The notes under the pieces: model-generated
What the model was told of the DNA's origin: nothing
The model's database searches: none
Seen by the model: only the letters and a program-made list of their open reading frames with translations
Origin: Mustelus asterias
Taxonomy: Eukaryota
Direction of reading: 5' to 3'
DNA length: 64,000 nt
NCBI RefSeq assembly: GCF_964213995.1
Contig: NC_135830.1
Coordinates: 14,012,001-14,076,000 of the forward strand
Part shown: positions 50,185-63,104 of the stretch, piece by piece
How positions within the stretch are numbered: the first letter of the stretch is position 1
How the letters are laid out: the number at the start of each line of letters is the position of its first letter
Program-made: the position numbers and the translations under genes

Positions 50185-50572
50185 TGTCGCTGTCCGCTCT
50201 GTAGAAGAGGAGTTGGGGATTTTGAAGACACCCGTTCTAAACCCTGCCCTCAGTAATCTGCTGTGAGTCTCAGGATGTTTTCACTTCACTTTCTGACGTT
50301 CCCAGTGACATTGAGAATAGGCAGGCTGGTGAGCTGGCTGCCATTGGCTGACTGCCAATGATTGGAAACGCTCAGAGCTGCGTAACAGTCAGTGCTTTAT
50401 TGGGGGGGGGGGGGGGATATTACGGTTTTACACAGCAGATGGTGACATGTAACCCGATTCTGATTATTGTGGCCGTCAAACTCAAGCTTGGTCCAGGATT
50501 TGGTTCATTCAGGATCAGTCCGTTTAAGCCTTACCATCGGGGGAATGGCTCAGCCATGACTGCGAGATTTCG

Positions 50573-52103
50573 TAGAAAAAACATAGAAAAACTACAGCAC
50601 GAACAGGCCCTTCGGCCCACAAGTTGTGCCGAACACATCCCTACCTTCTAGACCTACCTATAACCCTTCATCCTATTAAGCTCCATGTACTCATCCAGGA
50701 GTTTCTTAAAAGACCCTATTGAGTTCGCCTCCACCACCACTGACGGCAGCCGATTCCACTCGCCCACCACCCTCTGTGTGAAAAACTTACCCCTAACATC
50801 TCCCCTGTACCTACCCCCCAGAACCTTAAACCTGTGTCCTCTCGTAGCAGACATTTCCACCCTGGGAAAAAGCCCCTGAGAGTCCACCCGATCTATGCAT
50901 CTCAACATCTTATGCACTTCTATTAGGTCTCCTCTCATCCTTCGTCTCTCCAAGGAGAAAAGACCGAGCTCCCTCAGCCTATCCTCATAAGGCATGCCAC
51001 TCAATCCAGGCAACATCCTTGTAAATCTCCTCTGTACCCTTTCAATTATTTCCACATCCTTCCTATAGTGAGGCGACCAGAACTGAGCACATTACTCCAA
51101 GTGGGGTCTGACGAGGGTCTTATATAGCTGCATCATTATCCCCGGACTCCTAAACTCAATCCCTCGATTGATAAAGGCCAGCACACCATACGCGTTCTTA
51201 ACCACCTCCTCCACCTGCGGGGCCGATTTTAGAGTCCTATGGACCCGGACCCCAAGGTCCTTCTGATCCTCTACAGTACCAAGAGTCTTTCCCTTTATAT
51301 TGCACTCCTTCATCCCATTTGACCTCCCAAAATGGACCACGACGCATTTATCTGGGTTGAAGTCCATCTGCCACTTGTCCTCCCAGTCTTGCATCCTATC
51401 TATGTCCCTCTGTAACTTCTGACATCCCTCCAGGCTATCCACAACCCCACCAACCTTCGTGTCGTCGGCAAACTTACCAACCCATCCCTCCGCTTCCTCA
51501 TCCAGGTCATTTATGAAAATGACAAACAGCAAGGGTCCCAGAACAGATCCCTGGGGCACACCACTGGTGACCGACCTCCATTTAGAAAAAGACCCATCTA
51601 TACCCACTCTCTGCCTCCTTTGGGCAAGCCAGTTCTGGATCCACCGGGCAGCAGCCCCTAGGATCCCATGCCCTCTCACTTTTTCTGGAAGCCTTGCATG
51701 GGGGACCTTATCGAACGCTTTGCTAAAATCCATATAAACCACATCTACCGCCTTCCCTTCGTCAATGTGTTTCGTCACATTTTAGAACTCATAGAACTCA
51801 TAGAAACCCTACAGTGCAGAAGGAGGCCATTTGGCCCATCGAGTCTGCACCGACCACAATCCCACCCAGGCCCTACCCCCACATATTTACCCGCTAATCC
51901 CACTAACCTACGCATCACATTTTTAACCTTGCCAATCAACCTAACCCGCAGATCTTTGGATCTTTTCGAAGAACTCCACCAGGCGCGTAAGGCACGATCT
52001 ACCCTTGACGAAGCCATGCTGAGTATTCTTGAGCATACTAAACCTCTCTAAATGCTCATATATCCTGTCCCTCAGGATCTTCTCTATCAGTTTACCAACC
52101 ACT
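50573..52103 (-). mobile_element. 5'-truncated CR1 with nested SINE (~51781-51960)
   Basis: ORFs 50654-51055 and 51092-51778; same subfamily as the 31074 copy; ATTTC on both flanks. Confidence 0.88.
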
Positions 52104-53872
52104 CAATTTCCCTCTTGAAGCACTGAGGCAATTATTGAACAATTATTGCATTTTGTGTCGGAGTGGCTGATTGACTCACCACATTGCCAGCGTCCCTGCC
52201 GCTTGAAGAGAAACTCCCAATTCAAGGCTAAAGCGAGGATCTTTTGGAGAAGGAAGGAGCGGTTATGCCGCCGTTCAGCGGTCGGATAATCAGTTATGGA
52301 ATCCTTCCCACCATAGTTCAAAGGAAGACACATGTCTTTGTGACGATATCCTTAAAAAGTATACCTGCCGCTTTGGAGCAAAGGTACTGGCTGTCACTGT
52401 ACATTCCGTGCAACAATCTTGAAGTATAAACATTTCCACTATTGTACGCAGGATTTCTCTCAATGGAACCTCTGTTTAAAATTATTAACTTCAATCGGGT
52501 TAGTTATCGTATATTCAATAAGCCACGACTCTCGGAGTTTGGAATTTGTTTAATTGATAATAATGTCAGCGCCAATCATGTGTTCAAAACACGAGAGCAA
52601 AGTTCAGACAGCAAGTTTACAGTCCCCAGAGGATATGTAAAGCTTGTCCTCATTACCTACAATTCATTACCAGCCGGCTAGGTAAACCTTTCAGTGCCAC
52701 TTCCATTCATAAAAGAAATGAACATAGTTGAAATGATTACAGTGTAATAATTCAGAAAGCCGTTCTCAATGTGGGTTTTTCATTCATATTTTGACAGCCT
52801 TTTCCACATCAGACACACCTTCTCTCACTCGCTCTGGCCTCTGACCAATATCAGGCTCCAATCCTTCTACATGTGGATGTTTTTGCAATGATTATTGACC
52901 ACTTTATCTTCTTCAAAACATTGAGGCAAATTGAGTTCAAGCATTTAAATTATCATTGCATACATTGCAGAAGGAGGCTATTTGGTCCATCAAGTCTGCA
53001 CCCTCCGCCATCCCATCGAGGCCCTACCCCATAACCCCACCTACTTATCCTACCAGTCCCCCGAACACTAAGGGGCAATTTAGTATGGCCAATCAACTCA
53101 ACATGTCCTAGAATGTCAACATCCCTCCTTTCTACACTCTCCATCCAGCACATCCTTCTCCTTTGTGAATACTGATGCAAAGTAGTCACTAAAGACCTCA
53201 CCCACCTCATCTGGCTCCACACACAAATTCTCTCCACTGTGCTTGTGTGGACCTACCCTCTCTTTAGCTACCCTCTTCCTCCGGAAACCGGACGAGAACG
53301 TGCAAACTCCACACAGGCAGTGACCAGAGGCTCTGGCGCTGTGAGGCAGCAGTGCCAGCGTGCCGCCCACTGGTGCCTATTCGGAGAAGTGTTCCGATGG
53401 CGGTGGACAGAAGAGGAGAGAATCTTTGGTTATTCATTGGCCCCGCCTGATAGTTTCCTTTTGTGGCTCAGTGGAGTTTTGCCAGACTGATTTAAGATGC
53501 CGAGCGGAAAATTAGGTTCTGAACCGTTAAACTAAATCTTGGAAGAAAGTTAAGCAATTACAGGTGAAAAGTTGAAACTGGAGGTGGCAAGGAACAGAGT
53601 GGGAAAATAAATTGAAAGGAACGAGGTCAATTAACATGTAAACAATTAAGGCTCCACAGATGTACTTATGGAGTCTATTTTTAATATGTTGCGAATTGAA
53701 ATCATAAAATAATATAGTTCTACGAGTGGACCTCAAGATCTATTGTTGTGCTTTGTATTATTTGCAGGTTGAGAAAGATCCCTCTGGCACTCACGCCGCT
53801 GAGTGAATTATTGCTGCTCTTCACCAGTGTGAGAGCGCCCTCTGCTGCGTAGTCACTTGAATTGTCGCTGTG

Positions 53873-54810
53873 GGATTTTGACTGGGACCCGATGCATCTC
53901 TGGAGCAGTGTGGGGATATCAAGATATCATTGACACAGATGCCATCATCACACGTGAGAACACCCTCCACCAGGTACACGGTACATACTCTTGCAACTTG
54001 GCCAACGTTGTCTACCTGATACGCTGCAGGAAAGGATGTCCCGAGGCATGGTACATTGGGGAAACTATGCAGACGCTGCGACAACGGATGAATGAACACC
54101 GCTCGACAATCACCAGGCAAGACTGTTCTCTTCTTGTTGGGGAGCACTTCAGGGATCACGGGCATTCGGCCTCTGATATTCGGGTAAGCGTTCTCCAAGG
54201 CGGCCTTCGCGACACACGACAGCGCAGAGTCGCTGAGCAGAAACTGATAGCCAAGTTCCGCACACACAAGGACGGCCTTAACCGGGATATTGGGTTCATG
54301 TCCCACTATCTGTAACCCCCACAGTTGCCTGGACCTGCAGAGTTTCACTGGCTGTTTTGTCGGGAGACAATACACATATGTTTAGCCTGTCTTGATGCTC
54401 TCTCCACTCACGTTGTTTTGTTTCTGAAAGACTTGATTAGCTGTAAGGATTCGCACTCCAACCATTATTCTGTAAATTGAGTCTGTGTCTTTATATGCCT
54501 TTTTTAGGAATAGAATTCCCACTCACCTGAAGAAGGGGCTTGGAGCTCCGAAAGCTTGTGTGGCTTTTGTTACCAAATAAACCTGTTGGACTTTAACCTG
54601 GTGTTGTTAAACTTCTTACTGTGTTTACCCCAGTCCAACGCCGGCATCTCCACAGCAGTGTGGGGACTCATGGCACTGAAATACACAGTTGTGTCGGAGA
54701 TCAGGACTTTGCTAATCGTTAACTCGGTGATCTTGGTAGTTGTACTAAACTTTGATCTCAACATTTGGGCTTGCAGTTGTTATCCCGCCAAAGTGATAAA
54801 GCAGGAGCGA
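53873..54810 (-). pseudogene. TCR V 3' fragment (FR3 ~54810-54663) with RSS separated by the Penelope insertion
   Basis: KFSTTTKITELTISKVLISDTTVYFSAMS then CACACTG; second heptamer copy at 53906-53912 followed by 23/24 bp and a weak nonamer (tcaaaatcc). Confidence 0.75.
53917..54653 (+). mobile_element. Penelope-like retroelement 3' portion (GIY-YIG endonuclease) with 13-bp TSD
   Basis: ORF NVVYLIRC..WYIGET..LRQRMNEH..VGEHF..EQKLIAKF..GLNRD; agcagtgtgggga at 53904-53916 and 54654-54666. Confidence 0.88.
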
Positions 54811-54814
54811 GATG

Positions 54815-57300
54815 GATACTCAGCGAGAGCCTGGTGTCCTCGTGCGTCAGTCGCTGAAAGTAAACGTGCAGTTACAGCAGGCAGTGAAGAAGAAAAATGA
54901 TATGCTAGCCTTCATAGCAAGAGCATTTGAGCACAGGAATAGGGATGTTTTGCTGCAATTCTATCGGGCATTGTTGGGGCCACACCTGGAGTATTGCGTG
55001 TAGATTTGGCGTCCTCATCCGAGAAAGGATGTCCTTGCTACAGAGGGAGTGCAGAGAAGGTTTACCAGGCTGTTTCTTGTGATGTTAGGTTTGGCATTTC
55101 AGTAGAGAATAAATCAGTTAGAATTGTATTGATTGGAGTTCAAAAGAGTGAGAGGAGTTCTCATAGAAACCTCATAAGAGGATTACAAAGACACACAGAA
55201 GTTAGAAGCCGAATAAGCCATTCGGCCCATCGAGCCTTCTCCGCTATTCATTTTGATCATGGTTGATCATCAAATTTAACATCCTGATTCGCCCTTCCTC
55301 TCATACCCTTTGATCCCTTTAGTCCCAAGAGCTATATTTAATTTATTCTTGAAATCAGAAAACGTTTTGGCCTCCAGTACATTCTGTGGTAGTGAATTCC
55401 ATACATTCACCACCCTCTGGGTGAAGAGATTTCTTCCTACCTCAGTTCTAACACGTTTACCCCTTTTCCTCAGACTATGACCCCTAGTTCTGGACTCCCC
55501 CATCACTAGGAACATTCTTTCTGAATCTACCCTGCCTAAACCTGTTAGAATTTTCTAAGTTTCTATGAGACCCCCTCCCACTCATCTAACTCCAGTGAAT
55601 ATAATCCTGACCGATTTAGTCTCTCTTCATATGACAAACCCGCCATCCCAGGAATCAGCCTGTTAAACCTTCGCCCTGCTCCCTTTCCAGGATGAGACAG
55701 AATAGATTCAGAAAGACTTTTCCCGATGATGGGGGTGTCCAGAACTAAGAGTCGCAGTTGGAGGGTAAGGCTTAAACCTTTTCGGACTGAGGTGAGCAGA
55801 GATTTCTTCACCCAGAGAGTGGAGAATGCATGGAATTCACTACCACAGGAAGTAGTTGAGGTCAAAACTTTGTGTGATTTCAAGAAGAAACTAGATATCG
55901 CTCTTGGGTTTAAAGGGATCAAGGGATATCGGTGGAGGGCAGGATCAGGATTTTGAATTTGATAATCAGCTATGATCAAAATGAATGGCGGAGCAGGTTA
56001 AAAGGACCGAATGGCCGACGCTTGCTTCTCGTTTCTAAGTGTCTATGCGCTATGGAGGATCCATGATGTGGAGATGCCGGCGTTGAATTTGTGTTGACAC
56101 GTTAAGAAGTCTCATAACACCAGGTTAAAGTCCAACAGGTGACTCGCCTGATGAGGGAACAGCGCTCTGAAAGCTCGTGATTCCAAATAAACCTGTTGGT
56201 CTTTAACCTGGTGTAGTGAGACTTCTTACTATGGAGGATGTCAGGGTGTTTAATCTAATAGAATAAATAATCTCACTCATAAATTAGCACTCGTTTATTC
56301 TGAAACTATGCCCTCTGTCCCTGGACTCTCCCACGAGAGGAAACATCTTCTCAGCATTTAGACTCTCAAGGCCGTCAATAATCCTATGTTTCAATGAGGG
56401 CACATGTCATTTTTGTAAATTCCAATGAGTAGTGTCCCAACCTGTTTAATCTTTCCTCATAAGACAATGCCTCCATACTCGGGATCAGCTTTGTAAACCT
56501 TCCCTGAACTACCTGCAATGAAATAAGATATGTCGTTAAATAAGGGGACCAAAGCTGCTGACGGAACTCCAGATGTGGTCTCACCAATACCTTGTACAGC
56601 TGCAGCAAAACTTCGCTACTCTTATACTCCAACACCCTTGAAATGAAAGTCAACATCCCATTATCCTTCTTGATTACTTGCTGCACATTTCTGTTAACTT
56701 TCTGTGTTTCATGCACAAGTACCCCTAAGTCCCTTTGTGTGGCAGTGTTATCCAGTTTCCCTATTTGCATAGCACTCTGTTCGTTTGTTCTCCCATCCAA
56801 ATTGAACACTTTCAGGTTTCCCCGCATTAAATTTCATTTTCCAACTTTTCGACTACTTAGATAACCTATCAAAATCTCGATATCAACTGTTTGTATCCCT
56901 GTCGCAAGTTGCCTTCCCACCTATTTTTGTGTCTGAAAAACTTTCTACGATATATTTGCTTCCTCCCTCCAAGTCATTAACATTTATTGTAAACAGTTGT
57001 GATCCCAGTATTAATCCCTCTGGAACCCTACGGTTACACGTCGCCAAACTGAAAACCCTTTATCCTAAAATGCTGCTTCCTGCCATCAGCCAATTCTCTA
57101 CCGACAAATATACTACCCCCAACATCATGGACTCTTATGTTACGAGTTAACATTTTGCGAGGTACCTTGTCGAACACCTTCTGGAAGTCCAAAAACAATA
57201 CATCCCCTGGTCCCTTTCTATCCACTCTGGGATGGACTTCTCCAAGAAATCTAATAAATTAGTCAGACATGATTTCCTTTTTCTTTTCATGAATTCATGC
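54815..57300. mobile_element. Cluster of degenerate CR1 fragments on both strands plus a Penelope-like repeat
   Basis: ORFs 54812-55003, 55276-55515, 55726-55956, 56384-56827 and 57034-57225 with CR1 RT motifs. Confidence 0.75.
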
Positions 57301-57844
57301 CTTTGGAATCCATTCCTACCTTGTGTGTGCATCAATATGATTGTGTTCCCCGAGAGGGTAAGCACATTTTTGCCATCACCAAATGCATTCACTTATTCGT
57401 ATAGCTCAATGGCAATTGGTAGAGAATAACAACATGTTTGAAAGTTGCGAGAAAGATTGACTGATTCTGGCTTTGTTGAGTGAATTGACTTATTGACTCA
57501 CTACCGTCGTGACACAGAAGAGAATGATTGAAATTTTCACTGCTCAACATTTGAACAGACAGTGGAATCACTCGTTGTGATGGTGGGTTCCAGTTCTATA
57601 TCTGCAACGGCAGCATCAATTTCTATCAGCTACTGTAAACCGATATTTCTAATCAGTTGGAAAAATACAGCAGCATGATCCAATGTATCTCGTTTTATTT
57701 TAAATGAATATTCATAGATCGATTTGTATGACAATTTACTGAATAACATCAAGACTGGCAAAGTTTGGACACTATTTCCCTGTTGCAGAAGAACACAAAG
57801 TGTTTCTACGTCGGGAATATAAGGAGAAACAGAAATAGTGTTTT

Positions 57845-58278
57845 TGTCAAGGATAACCCGCGCGTATTTATAGGTCGCTGAGCTTGACGTCCGTGGTAGG
57901 GAAATTGTTGGAGAAGATTCTTAGAGATAGGATATATGCGCATTTAGAACTGAATAATCTCATTCGCGATAGACAGCATGGTTTTGTACGAGGGAGGTCA
58001 TGCCTCTCAAATTTGGTTGAGTGTTTTGAGGAGGTGACAAAAACGATTGACGAGGGAAGGGCCGTGGATGTCGTCGATATGGATTTTAGTAAAGCGTCCC
58101 TCATCGCAGGCTGGTGCAAAAGTTTAAACTTTACGGGATAAATGGTGAGCTAGCTAGATGGGTGGAGAACTGGCTTAGCCATAGATGACAGAGGGTAACA
58201 GTGGAGGGGTCTTTTTCCGGTTGGAGGTCTGTGACTAGTGGTGTTCCGGAGAGCTCTGTACTGGGACCTCTGCTGTTT

Positions 58279-58329
<51 letters not shown>

Positions 58330-59240
58330 GATTTGGAGGAAGGTGTAGCTGGTGTGATCAGTAAGTTTGTGGACGACACAAAGATTGCAGGAGTTGCGGA
58401 TAGTGATGAACATTGTCAGATATTACAGCAGGATGTAGATAGGCTGGAACACTGGGCTGAGAAATGGCAAATGGAATTTAATCCAGATGAATGCGAAGTG
58501 ATGCATTTCGGTAGATCTAATGTAAGGGGGAGCTGTACAATAAATGGCAGAACCTGGGTGTACAAGTCCACAGATCCTTAAAGGTGGCAGCACAGGTGGA
58601 GAGGCTGGTCAAGAAGGCATATGGCATGCTTGCCTTTATTGGACGGGGCACAGAATATAACAGTTGGCATATGATGTTGCAGCTGTATAGAACGTTGGTT
58701 CGGCCACATTTGGCATACTGCGTCCAGTTCTGGTCGTCACACTACCAAAGGGACGTGGAGGCTATGGAGAGAGTACAGAAAAGGTTTACCAGGATGTTGC
58801 CTGGTATGGAGGGTCTTAGCTATGAGGAGAGATTGGGTAAACTAGAGTTGTTCTCCCTGGAAAGGCGGAGGATGAGGGGCGACCTAATAGAGGTGTATAA
58901 AATTATGAAGGGCATAGATAGGGTGAACAGTGGGAAGCTTTTTCCCAGGTCGGAGGTGACGAACACAAGGGGTCACGGGTTCAAGGTGAGGGGGGCAAGG
59001 TTCAACACAGATGTCAGGGGGACGTATTTTACACAGAGGGTGGTGGGGGCCTGGAATGCACTGCCAAGCAAGGTGATTGAAGCGGACACGCTGGGATCGT
59101 TTAAGAGTTATCTAGATAGCCACATGAACAGACTGGGAATAGAGGGATATAAACGAATGGTCTAGTTGGGCACATAAGTGGCGCAGGCTTGGAGGGCCGA
59201 AGGGCCTGTTCCTGTGCTGTATTGTTCTTTGTTCTTTGTT
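57845..59240 (+). mobile_element. 5'-truncated CR1 with an expanded (TA)n at ~58282-58326
   Basis: ORFs 57884-58141, 58201-58581 (IYIYIY run) and 58584-59165; tail ttgttctttgttcttt. Confidence 0.88.
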
Positions 59241-60163
59241 CATTCCAGTTCATGTGATCACTGGGATTGAGGGAGGTCATGCAACCACTTACGAAAATGT
59301 AGTAACTCCCTCCACGAATATATCTGCAAACATCTCCTTAAATATCTAGCGTTCCAGCCACCTTCCATTGAAACCAGAAATTTATTTCGCACATTTACCA
59401 CTTTCTGTGAATGAGAAGCATTTTTCGATATTATCCCAGAAATGCACTTTTCACTTCGAACCCGTGTTCCCGAGTCCGTCTCTACAATTAAAATTGGAGT
59501 AAAATTGCAGGAAATGTTTTTACTACATGATGTATCCAATATTGTTGTAGGTATCAGTCAGACACTTGGGTGGGGAGCTGATTGAGAGAAACACATGACC
59601 CTCTGTAGCGAGTCACACCGGCCAGAATCTGTCTTTTGGGTTGATTTGTTTCACAGATAGAAATACTTCAACACAAGATAGAAAGTGAGAACAGCGCGAT
59701 CATTTCTTAAGCACAGACCCCAGGAGGATAACAGCGCCAGTTGTCGGACCTCTCACAGTTTCCATTTGACCTGCCTGCCCTTGTCTCTGAAGTGGTGAGA
59801 TTGATGCACCTATCCCCTGGCTGCCATCGGTTGGCTGAGCAGTTCTGTGGTTGGGGACCAGCACTTGCTTTGACAGAGGGGTTCATTGTCTGCAGAGTTA
59901 CAGACAACGGGAGCGACATTCGGAACTATCTCTTTCCTTCCTGCTAACTCTGTAACATCTCAGTAAGTATTTCCTCCCGACTAATACTCCACTCTCCCCC
60001 TAACCGCACTAAACAATGTATTCTTATTTGTAAAATGGTGGAAATTACGACATGAGCGGATCCAAAACATTTTACTTGTCCTTTTACTTCCAACATGTTG
60101 CGAATCTGATTTTTAAATTCTCGCATGTTTGACCTATCACCATTGGAACATCTTTTTTTCCAG

Positions 60164-60500
60164 ATCTGAGTCATGGAAACGCTATCAGCAGCTGCTATTC
60201 TCAGGAGTTAAGACAGAAGGAGAAGCGGTGACTTTAACCTCCATCTATAATCCTGCACCGAGCGACTGCAATGATTTATACTGCTACCGACAACATTCCT
60301 GAAACAAAGCCAGAGCTTATTCTGATAAAATACGCGGGAGGTTCAGCGATGAGACAGGTTTTGCCAAATACTTCTTTTGCGCAATTTAACAGCTTGACAA
60401 GAAAATTCACTTTCCCCATCTCTGGGCTGTAACTGAGAGGCACTGCAATTTATTTCTGCTCCCTGAGGCATTCAGTGATAAAAAGTTAGATTCACGGCAA
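60164..60500 (+). pseudogene. Degenerate TCR V pseudogene, family of 24465
   Basis: Acceptor ttttccag|atctgagtcatgga; acagaaggagaagcggtgactttaa identical to 24465 FR1; stops and frameshifts; heptamer decayed (ttcagtg); leader relic ending cagtaagt at ~59965. Confidence 0.75.
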
Positions 60501-61019
60501 GAGACCCTCGCCTCTTGGCAGGACAGAAGTTGCCAATGTACATTATAGCATCGGTGAAATAGAATCATGGAATCCCTACAGTGCGGGCTATTCACAAAGG
60601 GGCAATTTAGCATGGCCAATTAACCTAACCCGCACATCTTTAGACTGTGGGAGGAAACCGGAGCACCCGGAGGAAATCCACGCAGACACGGGGAGAATGT
60701 GCAAACTTCACACAGACAGTGACCCAAGTCCCTGGAGTTGTGAGGCAGGAGTGCTAACTGTGCCAAGTGTGAAAAAAAAAAACGATTCATACAATCTGAC
60801 AGTCGTTTGCAGTAATTTACTATTTCATCTCTATCTGTCTTTCGTCGGTGCAAGTTACCCCAAGTCGCCCACATATTCTGAATTAAATTTCATGAAATTT
60901 AAACGCATTCGCCGAAGGGGGCATGAGGAGTTTGGTTCAGTTGTTGGTTTGATTGACGTAATGGGTAAGCGGTTGTGTTCTTTTCATCTTTAGTAAAAGT
61001 GAACGTTATTGTCAAAGCT

Positions 61020-62258
61020 GTATTTTTTGAAGGGGTAACCAAGAAGGTAGATGAGGGCAGTGCAGTTGATGTTGTCTACACGGACTTTAGCAAGGCCTTT
61101 GACAAGGTACTGCATGGCAGATTGTTGCATAAGGTTAAATCTCACGGGATTCAGGGTGAGGTATCTAAATGGATGCAAAATTGGCTCATTGACAGAAACC
61201 AGAGGGTGGTTGTAGAGAGTTGTTTTTCAAACTGGGGGCCTGTGACCAGCGGTGTGCCTCAAGGATCAGTGCTGGGTCCACTGTTATTTGTCATTTATAT
61301 TAATGATTTGGATGAGAATATAGGGGGCATGGTTACTAAGTTTGCAGATGACACTAAGATTGGTGGCATAGTGGACAGTGAAGAAAATTATCTCCAATTG
61401 CAACGGGATCTTTATCAATTGGGCGAGTGGGCTGACGAATGGCAGATGGAGTTTAATTTAGACAAATGCGAGGTGATGCATTTAGGTAGATTGAACTAGG
61501 GCAGGACTTAATCAGTTAATGGTAGGGCGTTGGGGAGAGTTACAGAGAGATCTTGGGGTACATGTTCATAGCTCCTTGAAAGTGGGGTCACAGGTGGACA
61601 GAGTGGTGAAGAAGGCATTCGGCATGCTTGGTTTCATCGGTCAGAACATTGAATACAGGAGTTGGAATGTCTTGTTGAAGTTGTACAAGACATTGGTCAG
61701 GCCACACTTGGAATACTGTGTGCAATTCTGGTCACCCTATTATAGAAAGGATATTATTAAACTAGAAGAAGTGCAGAAAAGATTTACTAGGATGCTACCG
61801 GGACTTGATGGATTGAGTTAGAAGGAGAGGCTGGATAGACTGGGACTTTCTCCTCTAGAGCGTAGGAGGCTGAGGGGTGATCTTATAGAGATCTATAAAA
61901 TGAGGGGCACAGATCAGCTAGATAGTCAATATATTTTCCCAAAGGTAGGGGAGTCTAAAACTAGAGGGCATAGGTTTAAGGTGTGAGGGGAGATATATAA
62001 AAGTCTTCAGAAGGGCAATTGTTTCACACATAGGGTGGTAGGTGTCTGGAACAAGCTGCCAGAGGTAGTAGTAGAAGCGGGTACAATTTTGCCTTTTAAA
62101 AAGCATTTAGATAGTTACATGGGTACGATGGGTATAGAGGGATATGTGCCAAATGCGGGCAAGTGGGATTAGCTTAGAGGTTTAAAAAAATGGGCGGCAT
62201 GGACAATTTGGGTCGAAGGGCCTTTTTTCCATGCTGCAAACCTCTATGACTCTATGAT
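61020..62258 (+). mobile_element. 5'-truncated CR1
   Basis: ORFs 60975-61499 and 61519-61821; tail ctctatgactctatga. Confidence 0.88.
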
Positions 62259-63104
62259 TGCCCTTCACTAATTGCCTTTGTAAAAGTGATAGTGAGCTGC
62301 CGTCTTGGACTGCTGCAGTCCATGTGTTGTAAGTATATACACAAAACTATTCCGGAGAGAGCTCCGCATTTCGACCTAGAGACAGTGAAAGGAAAACGTT
62401 ATAGTTCTAAGTTCTAGCCCTTCGCCTCTTGAGAGGTGTTGGTGGGCTTTCTTATATATAGCGCCGGCGTGGATGGATCAGGACGAGTTGTTGGTGATCT
62501 GGACATCGAGAAACCTTGAAGCTCTCGACCATTCCCACTTCATCCCCGTTGATGTCGATAGTGCATGTCCGCCACTACGCTTAATGAAGTCGATGACTAT
62601 CTCTTTCGTTTAACTGACATTCAGGGAGCGACTACTGTCCTCGCACCAGTTCACCAGATTCTCCATCTCTTTCCTGCCTCATCATTGTTTGAAATCCGAC
62701 TCACCACGGTGGTGTCATCAGCAAACTTGAAAATTGAGTTGTAGGGGAATGTGGCCATACATTCACTGTTTCATTCATTGTTTCCCTTCTCTGACTCCGC
62801 TGTACAGATTGAGCAGCTAAAGGACCAACGCTGGAATTATTGCACAGAGAGTACTCAGGTTAAGATGAATAAAATCACCTTTCACTCCGCGTGGAGGGTA
62901 GGAATTGAAGATCCAAGGAGTTTGACATTATTGGTTGAATCGTTCGCATATTTGTTTTAGATGATTCAATGTCAACTGATGACGCACGCGGCGAAGAACC
63001 AATCAGAAGAGTAGTGGGTGTTGCTCACCCGCTTCTCAATTCTTGAGTGAAAACTTTCGGCCTCAGCCCATTGGTGTTGACTGTGCTATGAGGTCTCTGA
63101 AAAC

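Noticed and set aside
58282-58326. IYIYIY low-complexity protein
   Set aside because: (TA)n expansion inside a dead CR1 ORF
81-62960. Most short ORFs in the six-frame track
   Set aside because: Antisense or alternate frames of CR1/SINE repeats or chance ORFs; no independent coding evidence
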